A program made the position numbers and the translations under genes. The notes under the pieces were generated by a model. That model ran no database searches. It was given only the letters and a program-made list of their open reading frames with translations, and was not told where the DNA came from. From assembly GCA_965226555.1 (NCBI GenBank), contig CBDDDG010000019.1, positions 1-35,483 of the forward strand: DNA of 35,483 nt. Reading direction: 5' to 3'. Below, in pieces: positions 34,523 to 35,483 of this stretch. The DNA comes from Salinispira sp. Lineage in GTDB: Bacteria; Spirochaetota; Spirochaetia; DSM-27196; Salinispiraceae. The stretch's first letter is position 1. Each line of letters opens with the position of its first letter.

Positions 34523-35483
34523 ATGAAATTTACAACTCTTTTCCCCGGCAGACATGAAAGTGAGGGAAGCCGTCAGTTTAAGTCAATTTTCTGGGGAATT
34601 GTTATCATCTTTTTACTGGCGCTTACCTTCGGCAGCCTCAGTTTCTTACTCACACTTCAGGGTACCGAAACCATTATGACTCCCGATATTGAAGACATGT
34701 TCCTCCTCGATGCTATGGAAGAACTGCAGAGCAGGGGGCTCATTACGCATGTTCAATCCCGATTCTTTGAAGCGGAAAACGGCACTGTCATTAATCAGCG
34801 GCCGGATGCGGGAAGTCAGGTTCGCGTAGGGCGCACAATCACCCTCACGGTGAGTAAGGGTCCGGTTCTCAACCAGGTCGGGAATTATGTCGGTATGCGG
34901 GTACAGGATCTCAAACAACAGCTTGCCACCCAGTTTGCTATTCATGAACCGCTCCTTGAAGTGAAGAGCGAAAATATTAGCTACATTTTTTCGGAGGAAC
35001 TGGAACAGGTAATTCTGGATCAGAATCCGTCTGCCGGATATGAACTCAGTGAGTACACCGAGCTCACGCTGCTTGTAAGCAGGGGCCCTGCGCCCCGCGG
35101 GACAGAGGCTCCCGAGACCATTGGAATGGATTACCTTCAGGCTCTCGGAATGCTTGCCGCACGGAACATTCCCTTCACATTCCGCATCAGCGACCCGGGC
35201 AACATTAGCGACCCGGGCGGCATTAGCGACCAAAACAGCAGTAATACCAATGCGGGTAATTTTGGCATTGTACTCAGTCAGCAGCCGGCGGCAGGGAAGG
35301 TTATTACGGAATATCTGGAATTATTCATCAGTCCGCTGGGTAGTTCTTCGGCAAGTGCTCAGGGCGGTCTTTCGGACAGTTCGCTGGGCAGTTCTTTGGG
35401 AATTTCGGATGGGGAAATTGAGAATGGGGATCGGGAGTCCGGTATTTTTTCTGCCCTTCTTCCTTATACCTTAAACCCTGCAA
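34523..35483 (+). CDS. Membrane-anchored PASTA-domain protein, 3' truncated by the window end (absent from the ORF track)
   Basis: GGAGGGG SD and ATG 34523. Manual translation is open to the window end: a TM helix, then GTVINQRPDAGSQVRVGRTITLTVSKG, VILDQNPSAG...LTLLVSRG and IVLSQQPAAG. Confidence 0.88.
   Translation, partial: MKFTTLFPGRHESEGSRQFKSIFWGIVIIFLLALTFGSLSFLLTLQGTETIMTPDIEDMFLLDAMEELQSRGLITHVQSRFFEAENGTVINQRPDAGSQVRVGRTITLTVSKGPVLNQVGNYVGMRVQDLKQQLATQFAIHEPLLEVKSENISYIFSEELEQVILDQNPSAGYELSEYTELTLLVSRGPAPRGTEAPETIGMDYLQALGMLAARNIPFTFRISDPGNISDPGGISDQNSSNTNAGNFGIVLSQQPAAGKVITEYLELFISPLGSSSASAQGGLSDSSLGSSLGISDGEIENGDRESGIFSALLPYTLNPA

Noticed and set aside
34646..35474. ORF-track ORFs 34646-35233 (-) and 35121-35474 (+)
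   Set aside because: They are shadows of the PASTA-domain gene starting at 34523, which the track missed because it has no stop in the window.

Overview
Bacterial chromosomal window, most likely a spirochaete. This is inferred from the gene set and order: def-fmt-PASTA protein, an EF-G1-type fusA followed by a RecA/KaiC-fold ATPase, DUF4912 next to GH57, and a TM-TPR-Mrr-like protein. It holds about 26 genes. Housekeeping genes are a DHH phosphoesterase, pgi, uppP, metK-metF, CapD/DegT sugar genes, a class I/II aminotransferase, fusA, def and fmt. An accessory block (19089-26737) carries a res-mod type III-like R-M system, a structured intergenic element, a repeat lipoprotein and a membrane-anchored repeat coiled coil. 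I saw no rRNA, tRNA, CRISPR array, transposase, integrase or reverse transcriptase. Main observations: (1) a promoter-preceded multi-hairpin element at 23759-23946 with an internally deleted copy at 8128-8162; (2) two paralogous modular lipoproteins (GY-D/N repeats plus five W-S-x-x-x-T-M-W-V blades), one split by a 2-nt GC duplication; (3) intact genes lacking catalytic residues (GH57 branching-enzyme homologue, alpha/beta hydrolase, Mrr-like domain); (4) an AT-rich (~32% GC) target-recognition segment in the methyltransferase; (5) in-frame tandem-repeat insertions in many unrelated proteins, up to ~115 aa in DegT; (6) several apparently leaderless genes. All assignments come from reading motifs by eye; no searches were run.
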